The notes under the pieces are model-generated. The model did no database searches, was not told the DNA's origin, and worked only from the letters and a program-made list of their open reading frames with translations. From assembly GCA_046045965.1 (NCBI GenBank), contig JBJOKS010000009.1, forward strand, positions 98,931 through 162,930: DNA of 64,000 nucleotides, in the 5' to 3' direction. The DNA is from Cyanobacteriota bacterium (GTDB lineage: Bacteria; Cyanobacteriota; Cyanobacteriia; Cyanobacteriales; Nostocaceae). Position numbers and translations under genes: made by a program. Of this stretch, positions 1 through 9,083 are shown in pieces (position 1 is the stretch's first letter; every line of letters starts with the position of its first letter).

Positions 1-1008
1 TTTAGTCCCGATGGAAAAATCATTGCTTCAGGAAGTGGAGACAAAACAGTTAAACTTTGGAAATTAGATGGTACATTAATTAAAACTTTGAGTGGACATC
101 AAGATTCAATTTGGAATGTCAATTTTAGTCAAAATGGAAAAATGCTGGCTTCTGGGAGCTTAGATAAAACTATCAAACTTTGGCAACTTCAAGATTTACC
201 AATAACTCATATTCCCGCGCATAAAGATTGGATAACCAGTATTAATTTTAGTCCTGATGGAAAAATAATTGCTTCTGGAAGTGCAGATGGTAAAGTCAAA
301 TTTTGGACAAAGAATGGCAGACTAATTACAGCTATAGATCCTCAGATAATTATCAATTATCTCAAGTTTAGCCCTGATGGTAAAACCTTATTTATTTTGG
401 ATAGTAATAATGGTATTATTAAACAATTTCAACTAGATGGTACAGGGATGAAAACTTTGATGAAAAATATTGTTGATCTTCAAAGTGAAATAACCAGTAT
501 CAGTCTTAGTTCAGATGCCAAAACTTTAGTTTCTGGTAGTAGTAATGGGACAATTAAACTTTGGCAAAATGATGGCAAGATCATCAAGACTTTACCTGGA
601 CATAACAGCGAAGTAACCAGCGTGAGTTTTAGTCCAGATGGTCAAACTATTGCTTCTGGTAGTATTGATGGTAAAGTTAAAATTTGGCAAAAAGACAGCA
701 CAAGCATAATGTTATCTGGACATAACAACAATAAAGTCACCAGTGTTAGTTTCAATGCCAATGGTACAATACTTGCATCTAGCAGTATTGATGGAACAAT
801 TAACCTCTGGAAAACCGATGGTACACTAATATTGACTCTTAATACTAAATACGCAATAACAAGTATCAGTTTCAGTCCAGATAGTCAAACCCTTGTAACT
901 GGAAGTGAAAAAGGTAGTTTGAGTTTATGGAATTTAAATGTCGATAATTTACTTACACAAAGCTACACTTGGCTAAAAGATTACTTAAAAAATCATCCTC
1001 AATCTTGA
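1..1008 (+). CDS. WD40-repeat protein, 3' part (begins upstream of the window)
   Basis: Frame is open from base 1 (FSPDGKIIASGSGDKTVKLW...). Repeated GH...V.S..FSPDG..IASGS.DG.VK.W units. Confidence 0.9.
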   Translation, partial: FSPDGKIIASGSGDKTVKLWKLDGTLIKTLSGHQDSIWNVNFSQNGKMLASGSLDKTIKLWQLQDLPITHIPAHKDWITSINFSPDGKIIASGSADGKVKFWTKNGRLITAIDPQIIINYLKFSPDGKTLFILDSNNGIIKQFQLDGTGMKTLMKNIVDLQSEITSISLSSDAKTLVSGSSNGTIKLWQNDGKIIKTLPGHNSEVTSVSFSPDGQTIASGSIDGKVKIWQKDSTSIMLSGHNNNKVTSVSFNANGTILASSSIDGTINLWKTDGTLILTLNTKYAITSISFSPDSQTLVTGSEKGSLSLWNLNVDNLLTQSYTWLKDYLKNHPQS

Positions 1009-1029
1009 TAGAATTAGAATTTAAAATTT

Positions 1030-3654
1030 ATGATTTCCCCGGACATACTAACCCAGCGGTTTCGCAACTTATGGCAGTCTAAAAAAGGTTTAGCGATATC
1101 CTTGATAGGCAACCCTAACGCCGAAGCTTGTATGATTGGGATTGTTGCCGCTTTATCGGCGGTGTTACTCAAACAAGGTTCAGGATGGTTGGGTACATGG
1201 CGAGTTCATAGTACCCAATTTTTACCAGCTTGGCTAACCTTACCCTTAATTGGCATGAGTTTTGGGTTTTTAGCTGGGTGGTTGGTGCAGAGGTTAGCAC
1301 CAGAAGCCGCAGGTAGTGGTATTCCTCAAGTTAAAGCCAGTCTCGCCAATATACCAATCAAGTTATCCTGGCGGGTAGCAGGTATAAAATTACTCAGTGC
1401 GATCATTGCCTTGGGTTCGGGTATTACATTAGGAAGACAAGGTCCCACGGTTCAAGTCGGGGCGAGTTTAGCAGCGGGAATGAGTCGCTGGGTTCCCACT
1501 TCCCCAGATCATCGTCGCCAAATGATCGCTGCGGGTGCGGGTGCTGGTTTATCCGCTGCTTTTAACGCCCCAATTGCCGGGGTATTATTTATTATTGAAG
1601 AGTTACTACAAGATGTATCAGGACTAACTTTAGGAACTGCCATTATCGCCTGTTTTATTGGTGGGGTAATTTCCCGTTTGTTAGGCGGTGGGAGTTTGGA
1701 ATTGAACCTAGAATTAATGAACTATTCTAGCCAGTTCTCTCTGCTAGAAATTCCTATTTTTTTAATATTGGGTATTTTGGCAGGGTTGCTAGGTGCTGTA
1801 TTTAATCGCGGCTTAATTTTAAGTATTAAAAGTTATCGAAAATTGCATATTAGCTTACCTTTACGAGTAGCTTTAGCTGGCTTGGTTTCTGGTTTAATTG
1901 TGGCTTTACTCCCGGAATATTATCGTGATAATGCTGGTTTGCGGGAGTATATGATTGCTAGTCAACCTAATCTTTTTTTGGCAATTATTACTTTTATTTC
2001 CCAATTTATTTTAACCTTAATTGCCTTTGGTTCGGGCGCACCTGGGGGATTATTTGCACCTAGTTTGATTTTAGGTTCTTGTTTAGGTCACATAGTAGGA
2101 GTCTGTGAGTTTCAACTTTGGGGTTTAGGTTCTCCTACTACCTACGCTTTAGCAGGAATGGGGGGATTTTTTAGCGCGGTTTCTAAAGTCCCAATTACAG
2201 CTATTGTGATTGTGTTTGAAATGACGACAGATTTCAATTTAGTATTACCTTTAATGATTGTTTCTGTCACATCCTATTTAGTAGCAGATAAGGTAGTACC
2301 TGGTTCACTGTATGACAAACTTTTACAATTGAATGGGATTAAAATTCAAAAAAATGCTCCCATAGAAGGAATATTAACTCAGTTAACAGCCCAGGATGTG
2401 ATGCAGCAAAGGGTGGAAACTCTAGATACAGAAATGTCTATAGATGAAGTTATTCAAGCCTTTTCTCGTTCTCATCATCGAGGTTTTCCGGTGGTTGAAG
2501 AAAGCAAGTTAGTAGGAATTGTCACTCAATCAGATTTACAAAATCGTTACTCACCTAACCTTTTTACTTTAAGGGAAATTATGACACCCGAACCGGTGAC
2601 AGTTAAACCCAAGCAAACATTAAGTGATGTTTTATATTTATTAGATCGCTATCAAATTAGTCGTTTACCAGTGGTGGAAAGACAAAAACTAATTGGCATT
2701 ATTACCCGTGCAGATATAATTCGAGCAGAAGCAGATCATCTTAATTGTGAAAGTGGAGTTTCTGGACCCCAACCAGAACCTTCTTATGTAGTATACCAAA
2801 CGCGATCGCCTAATATTGGTAGAGGGAGATTATTAGTCACAGTAGCTAACCCAGAAACAGCAGATACTTTATTACAAATGGCTATTACTATTGCTCGCGA
2901 TCGCCATTATGAATTAGAGTGTTTACAAATTATTTTAGTATCCCGTCATAGTTCCCCATCAGAAACAGAAGTAAGAACCACAAAAAGTCGTCGTTTACTC
3001 AAACACGCGGAAGCTTTAGCCAAAAAATCTCACATTCCCATTCATACACAAATCCGAGTTGCTCATGATGTTGCCCAAGCGATTTTAGAAACAATCAAAG
3101 AACGACACATAGATTTAATTTTCATGGGTTGGAAAGGAAATACTTCTACCCCTGGTAGGATTTTTGGCACAGTTGTAGATACCATAATTCGTCAAGCTGC
3201 CTGTGATGTTGTCTTGGTAAAATTAGGTAATATTTCCGACTCTAACCATTTTAACCGTTGGTTAGTACCAATGGCAGGGGGACCAAATGCACCTATAGCA
3301 ATTAAATTATTACCGGCTTTAGTCACATTGGGAAATGATGCCGAAATTCGCCTCACTCAAGTTTTTAAACCATCAGAATTACAACCAGATATGAAAGTTT
3401 TAGAAGAATCTACTCGTCAATTAATGCGTCATCGCAACTTACAGAGTAACGTTATAGCTGAACCTATACAAGCTAATTCTGTTTGCGAGGGAGTAATTAA
3501 TTTAGTGAAAACTGAAGGTTATGATGTTGTTGTTTTGGGTGCTTCTCGTGAGGGTTTATTACAACAAGCAATTCAAGGTAATATTCCCGAAACTATTGCT
3601 TCTGGTATTGAAAGTACAGTAATTTTAGTGAGAGGGGAAATTAATAATTCGTAA
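1030..3654 (+). CDS. ClC-family chloride/proton transporter with CBS pair and C-terminal USP-like domains
   Basis: GSGIP, GRQGPTVQ and GGLFAP ClC signature motifs; CBS repeats (GFPVV..GIVT.SDL, RLPVV..GIITRADI); USP-like tail. Confidence 0.92.
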   Translation: MISPDILTQRFRNLWQSKKGLAISLIGNPNAEACMIGIVAALSAVLLKQGSGWLGTWRVHSTQFLPAWLTLPLIGMSFGFLAGWLVQRLAPEAAGSGIPQVKASLANIPIKLSWRVAGIKLLSAIIALGSGITLGRQGPTVQVGASLAAGMSRWVPTSPDHRRQMIAAGAGAGLSAAFNAPIAGVLFIIEELLQDVSGLTLGTAIIACFIGGVISRLLGGGSLELNLELMNYSSQFSLLEIPIFLILGILAGLLGAVFNRGLILSIKSYRKLHISLPLRVALAGLVSGLIVALLPEYYRDNAGLREYMIASQPNLFLAIITFISQFILTLIAFGSGAPGGLFAPSLILGSCLGHIVGVCEFQLWGLGSPTTYALAGMGGFFSAVSKVPITAIVIVFEMTTDFNLVLPLMIVSVTSYLVADKVVPGSLYDKLLQLNGIKIQKNAPIEGILTQLTAQDVMQQRVETLDTEMSIDEVIQAFSRSHHRGFPVVEESKLVGIVTQSDLQNRYSPNLFTLREIMTPEPVTVKPKQTLSDVLYLLDRYQISRLPVVERQKLIGIITRADIIRAEADHLNCESGVSGPQPEPSYVVYQTRSPNIGRGRLLVTVANPETADTLLQMAITIARDRHYELECLQIILVSRHSSPSETEVRTTKSRRLLKHAEALAKKSHIPIHTQIRVAHDVAQAILETIKERHIDLIFMGWKGNTSTPGRIFGTVVDTIIRQAACDVVLVKLGNISDSNHFNRWLVPMAGGPNAPIAIKLLPALVTLGNDAEIRLTQVFKPSELQPDMKVLEESTRQLMRHRNLQSNVIAEPIQANSVCEGVINLVKTEGYDVVVLGASREGLLQQAIQGNIPETIASGIESTVILVRGEINNS
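1098..1118 (+). mobile_element. 21-nt small-dispersed-repeat-like insertion splitting a HIP1 site (GCGAT^CGC), in frame in the ClC gene
   Basis: GCGAT[ATCCTTGATAGGCAACCCTAA]CGC; removing it restores GCGATCGC and the reading LAIAEA. Confidence 0.75.
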
Positions 3655-3743
3655 ATAAGGCAATAGGGAATAGGGTGATGGGGACGTAAATAACCCAATT
3701 ACCAATTACCAATTACCAATTACCAGCCCAAACAGATATGATT

Positions 3744-3953
3744 TTAATAAAATTTCTGCAACAGTTTATTAGAAAAGAAAAGTACAAAAACTAACAAACC
3801 CAACTGAATTTGCCAAGGTGCTAAAATGAGACTTAAAATCAAAGTAACAGCTGTAAACACGCCGGCAATATAAGCAATCTCATTATTTTTCTTGTTCAAA
3901 AAATAACCAGTCATTACACCAGTAAATAATGGAATCAGAAAAAATAGAGGCAT
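3744..3953 (-). CDS. Small two-TM membrane hypothetical protein
   Basis: 69-aa hydrophobic ORF with APWQIQL motif. Confidence 0.65.
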   Translation of the reverse strand: MPLFFLIPLFTGVMTGYFLNKKNNEIAYIAGVFTAVTLILSLILAPWQIQLGLLVFVLFFSNKLLQKFY

Positions 3954-4189
3954 TTTACAAAATCCTGAATTAACAGCCCAATGGTTGAAATCGATAAATT
4001 CAACCTATACTGGGAATAAGAATTGATTATACACTTAAGTATGTTTTCTTGACAATACTTTGTTTAAACTTAGGATATGAATCGGCTCAGATTAAGGAAT
4101 CTGGTAGATTATCTGAGTTTCCTGGCTTTTACTGGCATATTGATCCAGCATATTACCTTTTTAAGTAGCATTTTTAACTGAAATACTCA

Positions 4190-6349
4190 ATGTTGAACAT
4201 TTCTCAACTACTAGCAACTGAACTAGAACTTAAACCCCATCAGGTGCAGAACGCACTGGAACTTTTGGCTGAAGGTGCAACAATTCCCTTTATTGCACGT
4301 TACCGCAAAGAACGCACTAACGAGATGAATGAAGTGCAGTTGCGAGATTTATCTGACAGGTATACATATTTAACAGAATTAGAAGAAAGAAAGCAGGTAA
4401 TTTTAAATGCGATCGCCCAACAAGATAAACTCACAGATGAACTACAAAATAAAATTGCCTCCTGTCTGCAAAAAACAGAACTTGAGGATTTATATCTACC
4501 ATATAAACCAAAACGTCGTACCCGTGCAACTATCGCTAGAGAGAAAGGACTAGAACCTTTAGCAGCATTTATTAAATCATTAAATGTGAAAAATGGTGTA
4601 GCATCTGACCTAGCAGCAGAAGCAGCGAAATATGTTTCTGAAGAAAAAGCTGTAAAAACCCCAGAGGAAGCATTAAAAGGCGCATCAGACATCTTAGCCG
4701 AAGAAGTTGCCGAAAAAGCAGAATTACGCGCCTATTTACGGGATTATTTATTAGCAGAAGGCTTGTTTATTTCCCGCATTAAAGATGAACATCCCGAAGG
4801 TACAACCAAATTTGAAATGTACCGCAACTATCAAATCAAAGTTAAAAACATCGCTCCTCATAATATGTTAGCTTTGTGTCGGGGAGAAGCTGAGAAAATC
4901 TTAAACTTTGAAATTGGTTTTGATGAAGATTTTGTCCTTTCCTATTTAGAATCCCAAGAAATTAAAACCAAAGTTAGAAACATCAGAGATTTTTATCAAG
5001 GAATGTTAAAAGATGCTTTTAATCGATTGATGAAAACCTCTTTGATCAGTGAAGTAATTTCCGAAAAGAAAACTTATTCTGATATTGAATCCATCAAAAC
5101 CTTTGAAACAAACTTGCGGGAATTATTGCTATCTGCACCTGCGGGAATGAAACCAACATTAGCAGTAGATCCAGGTTTTAGAACTGGTTGTAAAGTTGCA
5201 GTTTTGGATCAAACAGGGCAATTTTTAGAATATCAAGCCGTATTTCCGCACCAAGCAGCAGAACAACGGAAAAAAGCAGCACAAACCATCAAAAACCTCA
5301 TCGAAAAATACAAAATTGAATTAATAGCCATTGGTAACGGAACAGCATCCCGTGAAACAGATGAATTTGTCACAGAAGTATTAGCAAATTGCGAACGAAA
5401 ACCAGTAAAAGTCATGGTCAATGAATCTGGTGCTTCCATATATTCAGCCAGCAAAGTTGCATTAGAAGAGTTTCCTGAATTAGATGTTACTGTCAGAGGT
5501 GCAATTAGCATCGGGAGAAGATTACAAGATCCCTTAGCGGAATTAGTAAAAATCGATCCCAAATCAATTGGTGTGGGACAATATCAACACGACGTAGATC
5601 AAAAATTGCTGAAAAAGAAACTTGATGAAACAGTAGAAAGTTGTGTTAACTATGTGGGAGTAGATTTAAACACCGCTTCCAAAGAACTGCTGACATTTGT
5701 TTCAGGAATTACCCCCACAGTTGCTAACAACATTATCGCCTATCGCAACCAAAATGGTGCTTTCAAAAATCGTAAACAACTCTTAAAAGTAGCGAAATTA
5801 GGACCCAAAGCCTTTGAACAAGCAGCAGGTTTTTTAAGAATTAGAGATGGAGAAAACCCCTTAGATAACACCGCAGTTCACCCAGAAACTTACCCAATTA
5901 TACAATCTATAGCGACTGATTTACAAGTACCATTAAATCAAGTTACACAAATAGCCGAAAAACTCAAAAAAACCAACATCAAAAAATACGTCACCGATAC
6001 AATTGGTGAACCTACACTGCGCGACATTCTCAGCGAATTAGAAAAACCAGGAAGAGATCCCCGCGCAGAATTTAAGTATGCGACATTTAAAGAGGGAATA
6101 AAAGAAATTAGAGATTTAACCGTAGGAATGGAACTAGAAGGAATTGTCACCAACGTTGCTAATTTCGGTGCATTTGTTGATATTGGTGTACATCAAGATG
6201 GCTTAGTTCATATTTCCCAACTAGCAGATAGATTTGTTGATGATCCTAATAAAATAGTCAAAGTTGGACAAGTTGTAAAAGTTCAAGTATTAGAAATCAA
6301 CGAGAAATTAAAACGCATTGGCTTATCAATGAAAGCAGTTAAGCAATAG
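4190..6349 (+). CDS. tex: Tex-family transcription accessory protein (YqgF, HhH and S1 domains)
   Basis: EGATIPFIARYRKE, DPGFRTGCK, IGNGTASRET, C-terminal S1 (FGAFVDIGVHQDGLVHIS). Confidence 0.95.
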   Translation: MLNISQLLATELELKPHQVQNALELLAEGATIPFIARYRKERTNEMNEVQLRDLSDRYTYLTELEERKQVILNAIAQQDKLTDELQNKIASCLQKTELEDLYLPYKPKRRTRATIAREKGLEPLAAFIKSLNVKNGVASDLAAEAAKYVSEEKAVKTPEEALKGASDILAEEVAEKAELRAYLRDYLLAEGLFISRIKDEHPEGTTKFEMYRNYQIKVKNIAPHNMLALCRGEAEKILNFEIGFDEDFVLSYLESQEIKTKVRNIRDFYQGMLKDAFNRLMKTSLISEVISEKKTYSDIESIKTFETNLRELLLSAPAGMKPTLAVDPGFRTGCKVAVLDQTGQFLEYQAVFPHQAAEQRKKAAQTIKNLIEKYKIELIAIGNGTASRETDEFVTEVLANCERKPVKVMVNESGASIYSASKVALEEFPELDVTVRGAISIGRRLQDPLAELVKIDPKSIGVGQYQHDVDQKLLKKKLDETVESCVNYVGVDLNTASKELLTFVSGITPTVANNIIAYRNQNGAFKNRKQLLKVAKLGPKAFEQAAGFLRIRDGENPLDNTAVHPETYPIIQSIATDLQVPLNQVTQIAEKLKKTNIKKYVTDTIGEPTLRDILSELEKPGRDPRAEFKYATFKEGIKEIRDLTVGMELEGIVTNVANFGAFVDIGVHQDGLVHISQLADRFVDDPNKIVKVGQVVKVQVLEINEKLKRIGLSMKAVKQ

Positions 6350-6432
6350 AAGAAAAGCTCACGCAAAGACGCAAAGAAAAGGAATTATCTCTGCGTCTCT
6401 GTGTGAAAAAAAATACACAACCCAAAATTGAT

Positions 6433-6759
6433 ATGACAGTTTATCAAGTTAGATTCATTAATGACAAACTAGGATTAGATCGAACAATTCAAATACCAGA
6501 TGATCAATATATAATTGATATAGCAGAAGAAGCGGGTATTCGTTTACCATCAGGTTGTAAACAAGGAGAATGTTCCGCTTGTGTCGCTAAACTTATTAGT
6601 GGTGAAATTGATCAAAGTGAGCAAAAATTTCTTCGTCCCCAGGAAATTGAAGCTGGTTATGTTGTTACTTGTGTAACATATCCCTTATCTGATTGTGTAT
6701 TAGAAACCCACCAAGAACAACTTTTATATAAATCTTCTCTATATTATAAACCTGAATAA
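6433..6759 (+). CDS. Plant-type [2Fe-2S] ferredoxin
   Basis: LPSGCKQGECSAC...VTCVTYPLSD; ATG at 6433 preferred over GTG 6403. Confidence 0.9.
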   Translation: MTVYQVRFINDKLGLDRTIQIPDDQYIIDIAEEAGIRLPSGCKQGECSACVAKLISGEIDQSEQKFLRPQEIEAGYVVTCVTYPLSDCVLETHQEQLLYKSSLYYKPE

Positions 6760-6863
6760 CTAAAAAATACTCCTTTTGATATACCTCAATCCCTATCTAT
6801 TAATAGAGGTGAAAACTGCAATTTTATTTAAATATGGAGGTAGCAGTTACAGAGGTAAAAATA

Positions 6864-7250
6864 ATGTGGGCGACATTTTTAACCGCACTCGCTACAGCAT
6901 TAAGCTTGTTAATTGTTGATATCATTTTTCCGGGTGTTAGAATTGCCAATTTCCCCGCAGCTTTAATTGCAGGTTTAGTGATTGGTTTGATTAATGGTTC
7001 AGTGAAACCAATTATTTCCACCCTATCTTTACCATTGACTTATGTAACTTTAGGTGGATTTTCTTTAGTCGTGAATGGAATTTGTTTTTGGTTAGCATCA
7101 GTTTTAGTTCCTGGGTTTAGAGTACAGGGAATTATTGCTTTTATTCTCGCTCCAGTAGTCCTATCTTTGGCTAATACATTCATTAGCAAATACTTTGCAG
7201 AAAAGAATATGGGCTTACAAAGCAATACTAATGTTACCACTGAATCTTAA
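6864..7250 (+). CDS. YvlD/DUF360 ('phage holin family') membrane protein
   Basis: Four-TM protein with GLING.VKPI..LSLPL..VTLG.FSLVVNG motif; start 6864 or 6834. Confidence 0.85.
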   Translation: MWATFLTALATALSLLIVDIIFPGVRIANFPAALIAGLVIGLINGSVKPIISTLSLPLTYVTLGGFSLVVNGICFWLASVLVPGFRVQGIIAFILAPVVLSLANTFISKYFAEKNMGLQSNTNVTTES

Positions 7251-7284
7251 ATCAATGTAATTTTGAAAGAATAGCAAGAATATC

Positions 7285-7473
7285 ATGAAATTAACTCGTT
7301 TGCTGCTTGGTTTATTCTTACCTCCTGTGGGAGTATTTCTGACAGTTGGTGTTAGTCCAGCTTTGATCATTAACATTTTGCTTACTCTTCTCGGTTGGCT
7401 TCCCGGTAGTATTCATGCACTTTGGGTAATTACTAAGCATGAAGAACAATTACATAGAGGGGAAGGGATTTAG
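7285..7473 (+). CDS. YqaE/Pmp3 family membrane peptide
   Basis: FLPPVGVFL...INILLTLLGWLPGSIHALWVI. Confidence 0.9.
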   Translation: MKLTRLLLGLFLPPVGVFLTVGVSPALIINILLTLLGWLPGSIHALWVITKHEEQLHRGEGI

Positions 7474-7481
7474 AAAACTTC

Positions 7482-7505
7482 AATCCTTGTTGCATAGCAA
7501 GGATT
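7482..7505 (+). terminator. Probable intrinsic terminator after the yqaE-like gene
   Basis: AATCCTTG...CAAGGATT stem followed by a T-rich run. Confidence 0.55.
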
Positions 7506-7570
7506 TTATTTATTAATTTATTAATTTATTTATTTATTATTTATTCTAGCATTTTCACGGACAATTCCTA

Positions 7571-8479
7571 TTAAAAAACTTCCTTGCTGATTCCTATTTG
7601 ATAGGTTATTAAACCTGCATCAAGATTAACAAATACCGTTCCTCCCCGATTTTTCTCTACCTGTCGCCAGACATCATAACCCATTAAAATAGCCTTTTCC
7701 CAATCTCCTAGCGAACAACAAGAAACTTCTAAATGAGATGTCATATTTTTGATAGTCTTCAATAGTTGATAATCTAATGTTGAAACACCTTCTAAAAAAC
7801 CATGATCTTTAGCATAGCTAAATACAAGTGCTGATATACCTTCTTCAATAGCTACTGCACGACCTCCATCTTCAACTTCGTCAATAAGAGGATTACTTTT
7901 GCGCTTACGTTTAAGGATACTACGAGTAACTACAGACCAACCTAAAACTGCGGCATAGGCAAAATGAAAAACATCATGAAAGCGGTAGCCATCACTTTTA
8001 TAAGAATTATCAGTGAGGTCATTTCCTATCTGTTCTCCATTGATAAAAGCCTTCATTTTAACTGAATTATCTTTACTTACCTCTGTAATTTCTACTTCAA
8101 ACTGTCGTGGTAAACTTTCATGTTCAGGAAAGTCATTATCAAATATGTAACTTGTATTTTTATTATCTAGTTCTGTAGAATCTCTCCATCCCCAACGGTC
8201 ATTACACTTTTTCAGATTATTTTCTGCAATTTCTTCTAAATTAAGGTTAAATTTACTGGCTATATTGGAAATATACCAAAGCATATCTCCCAATTCTTCT
8301 GCAATTCCTTCTTTAAATAATTTGTGTGCTTCGCCATCGCGTAAATGTTTTTTATATTCTGTCATCAGTGAACCAACTTCACCAACTAAACCTAGTAGCG
8401 GTATGATTAATTCAGTACCTTCTACAGCAGGAATTTGATCTGTATTTAGGGCTTGTTTTTGATATTCAGAAAAATTCAT
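7571..8479 (-). CDS. MazG-like NTP pyrophosphohydrolase with C-terminal MazG_C domain
   Basis: GLVGEVG...EELGDMLWY MazG motif; C-terminal DGYRFHDVFHFA...DEVEDGGRA..IEEG. Confidence 0.85.
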   Translation of the reverse strand: MNFSEYQKQALNTDQIPAVEGTELIIPLLGLVGEVGSLMTEYKKHLRDGEAHKLFKEGIAEELGDMLWYISNIASKFNLNLEEIAENNLKKCNDRWGWRDSTELDNKNTSYIFDNDFPEHESLPRQFEVEITEVSKDNSVKMKAFINGEQIGNDLTDNSYKSDGYRFHDVFHFAYAAVLGWSVVTRSILKRKRKSNPLIDEVEDGGRAVAIEEGISALVFSYAKDHGFLEGVSTLDYQLLKTIKNMTSHLEVSCCSLGDWEKAILMGYDVWRQVEKNRGGTVFVNLDAGLITYQIGISKEVF

Positions 8480-8528
8480 AATCTAATTCCTTAAATATTT
8501 GATAATTTATTTTTTGGAAGTCCCATTT

Positions 8529-9038
8529 TTAGATAAAAAGCGTTCGTCCTGTAATAGGTTTACGGCGTGGTTTCGGGTGGCGTGGATGTCCATCTTTTGT
8601 TAAATCACTACTAATACCATCAACAAGACAGTAAAGTGTCTTGCAAGAAATTAGGCTTAACACTGCTTCATTCCGTCTCATTATTTTAGGAAACTTACCT
8701 CCACCCCACGCCACAATAATTGATTCAGCGCGTTGTGCTGCTGATTGAATATAAAGATTATTTTTGGGTCCTACAGGATCGTCTTCGTCTAAAAGCTTTT
8801 CGCGTTTTGGAGTAATATAAGCGAATAAATTAACTACTTCAAGAGAACCATAATTCCATGACCTAGCCAATTCAATACATTTAGTGATAGTGGGATCAGG
8901 TTTCTTATGATCAGCCGTACTTGGATTAAGCATTACAAAGGTAACTTGCGGCAAATTTTCATCCCATTTACGCCGTAGTAAATAGCGATATTTTCTATTG
9001 TTTTTATCGTCGAACTTAGCATATCCTTTTATTTCCAT
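8529..9038 (-). CDS. DUF1643-family protein
   Basis: YRYLL.R.W, VMLNPSTAD, DPTI, NLFA, IVAWG, G.PRHP motifs. Confidence 0.85.
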   Translation of the reverse strand: MEIKGYAKFDDKNNRKYRYLLRRKWDENLPQVTFVMLNPSTADHKKPDPTITKCIELARSWNYGSLEVVNLFAYITPKREKLLDEDDPVGPKNNLYIQSAAQRAESIIVAWGGGKFPKIMRRNEAVLSLISCKTLYCLVDGISSDLTKDGHPRHPKPRRKPITGRTLFI

Positions 9039-9083
9039 CTGTTTTACCCTGAATAAATGTTGATTTATTAATAGTTGAAGACA

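Noticed and set aside
4300..6153. Antisense and alternative-frame ORFs inside tex (likewise inside acs, speA, argB, cruA, phn, xfp, cysH)
   Set aside because: Shadow ORFs fully overlapping well-supported genes, with no recognisable motifs
6864..7250. 'Phage holin' as evidence of a prophage
   Set aside because: DUF360/YvlD proteins are common chromosomal membrane proteins, and no phage genes are nearby
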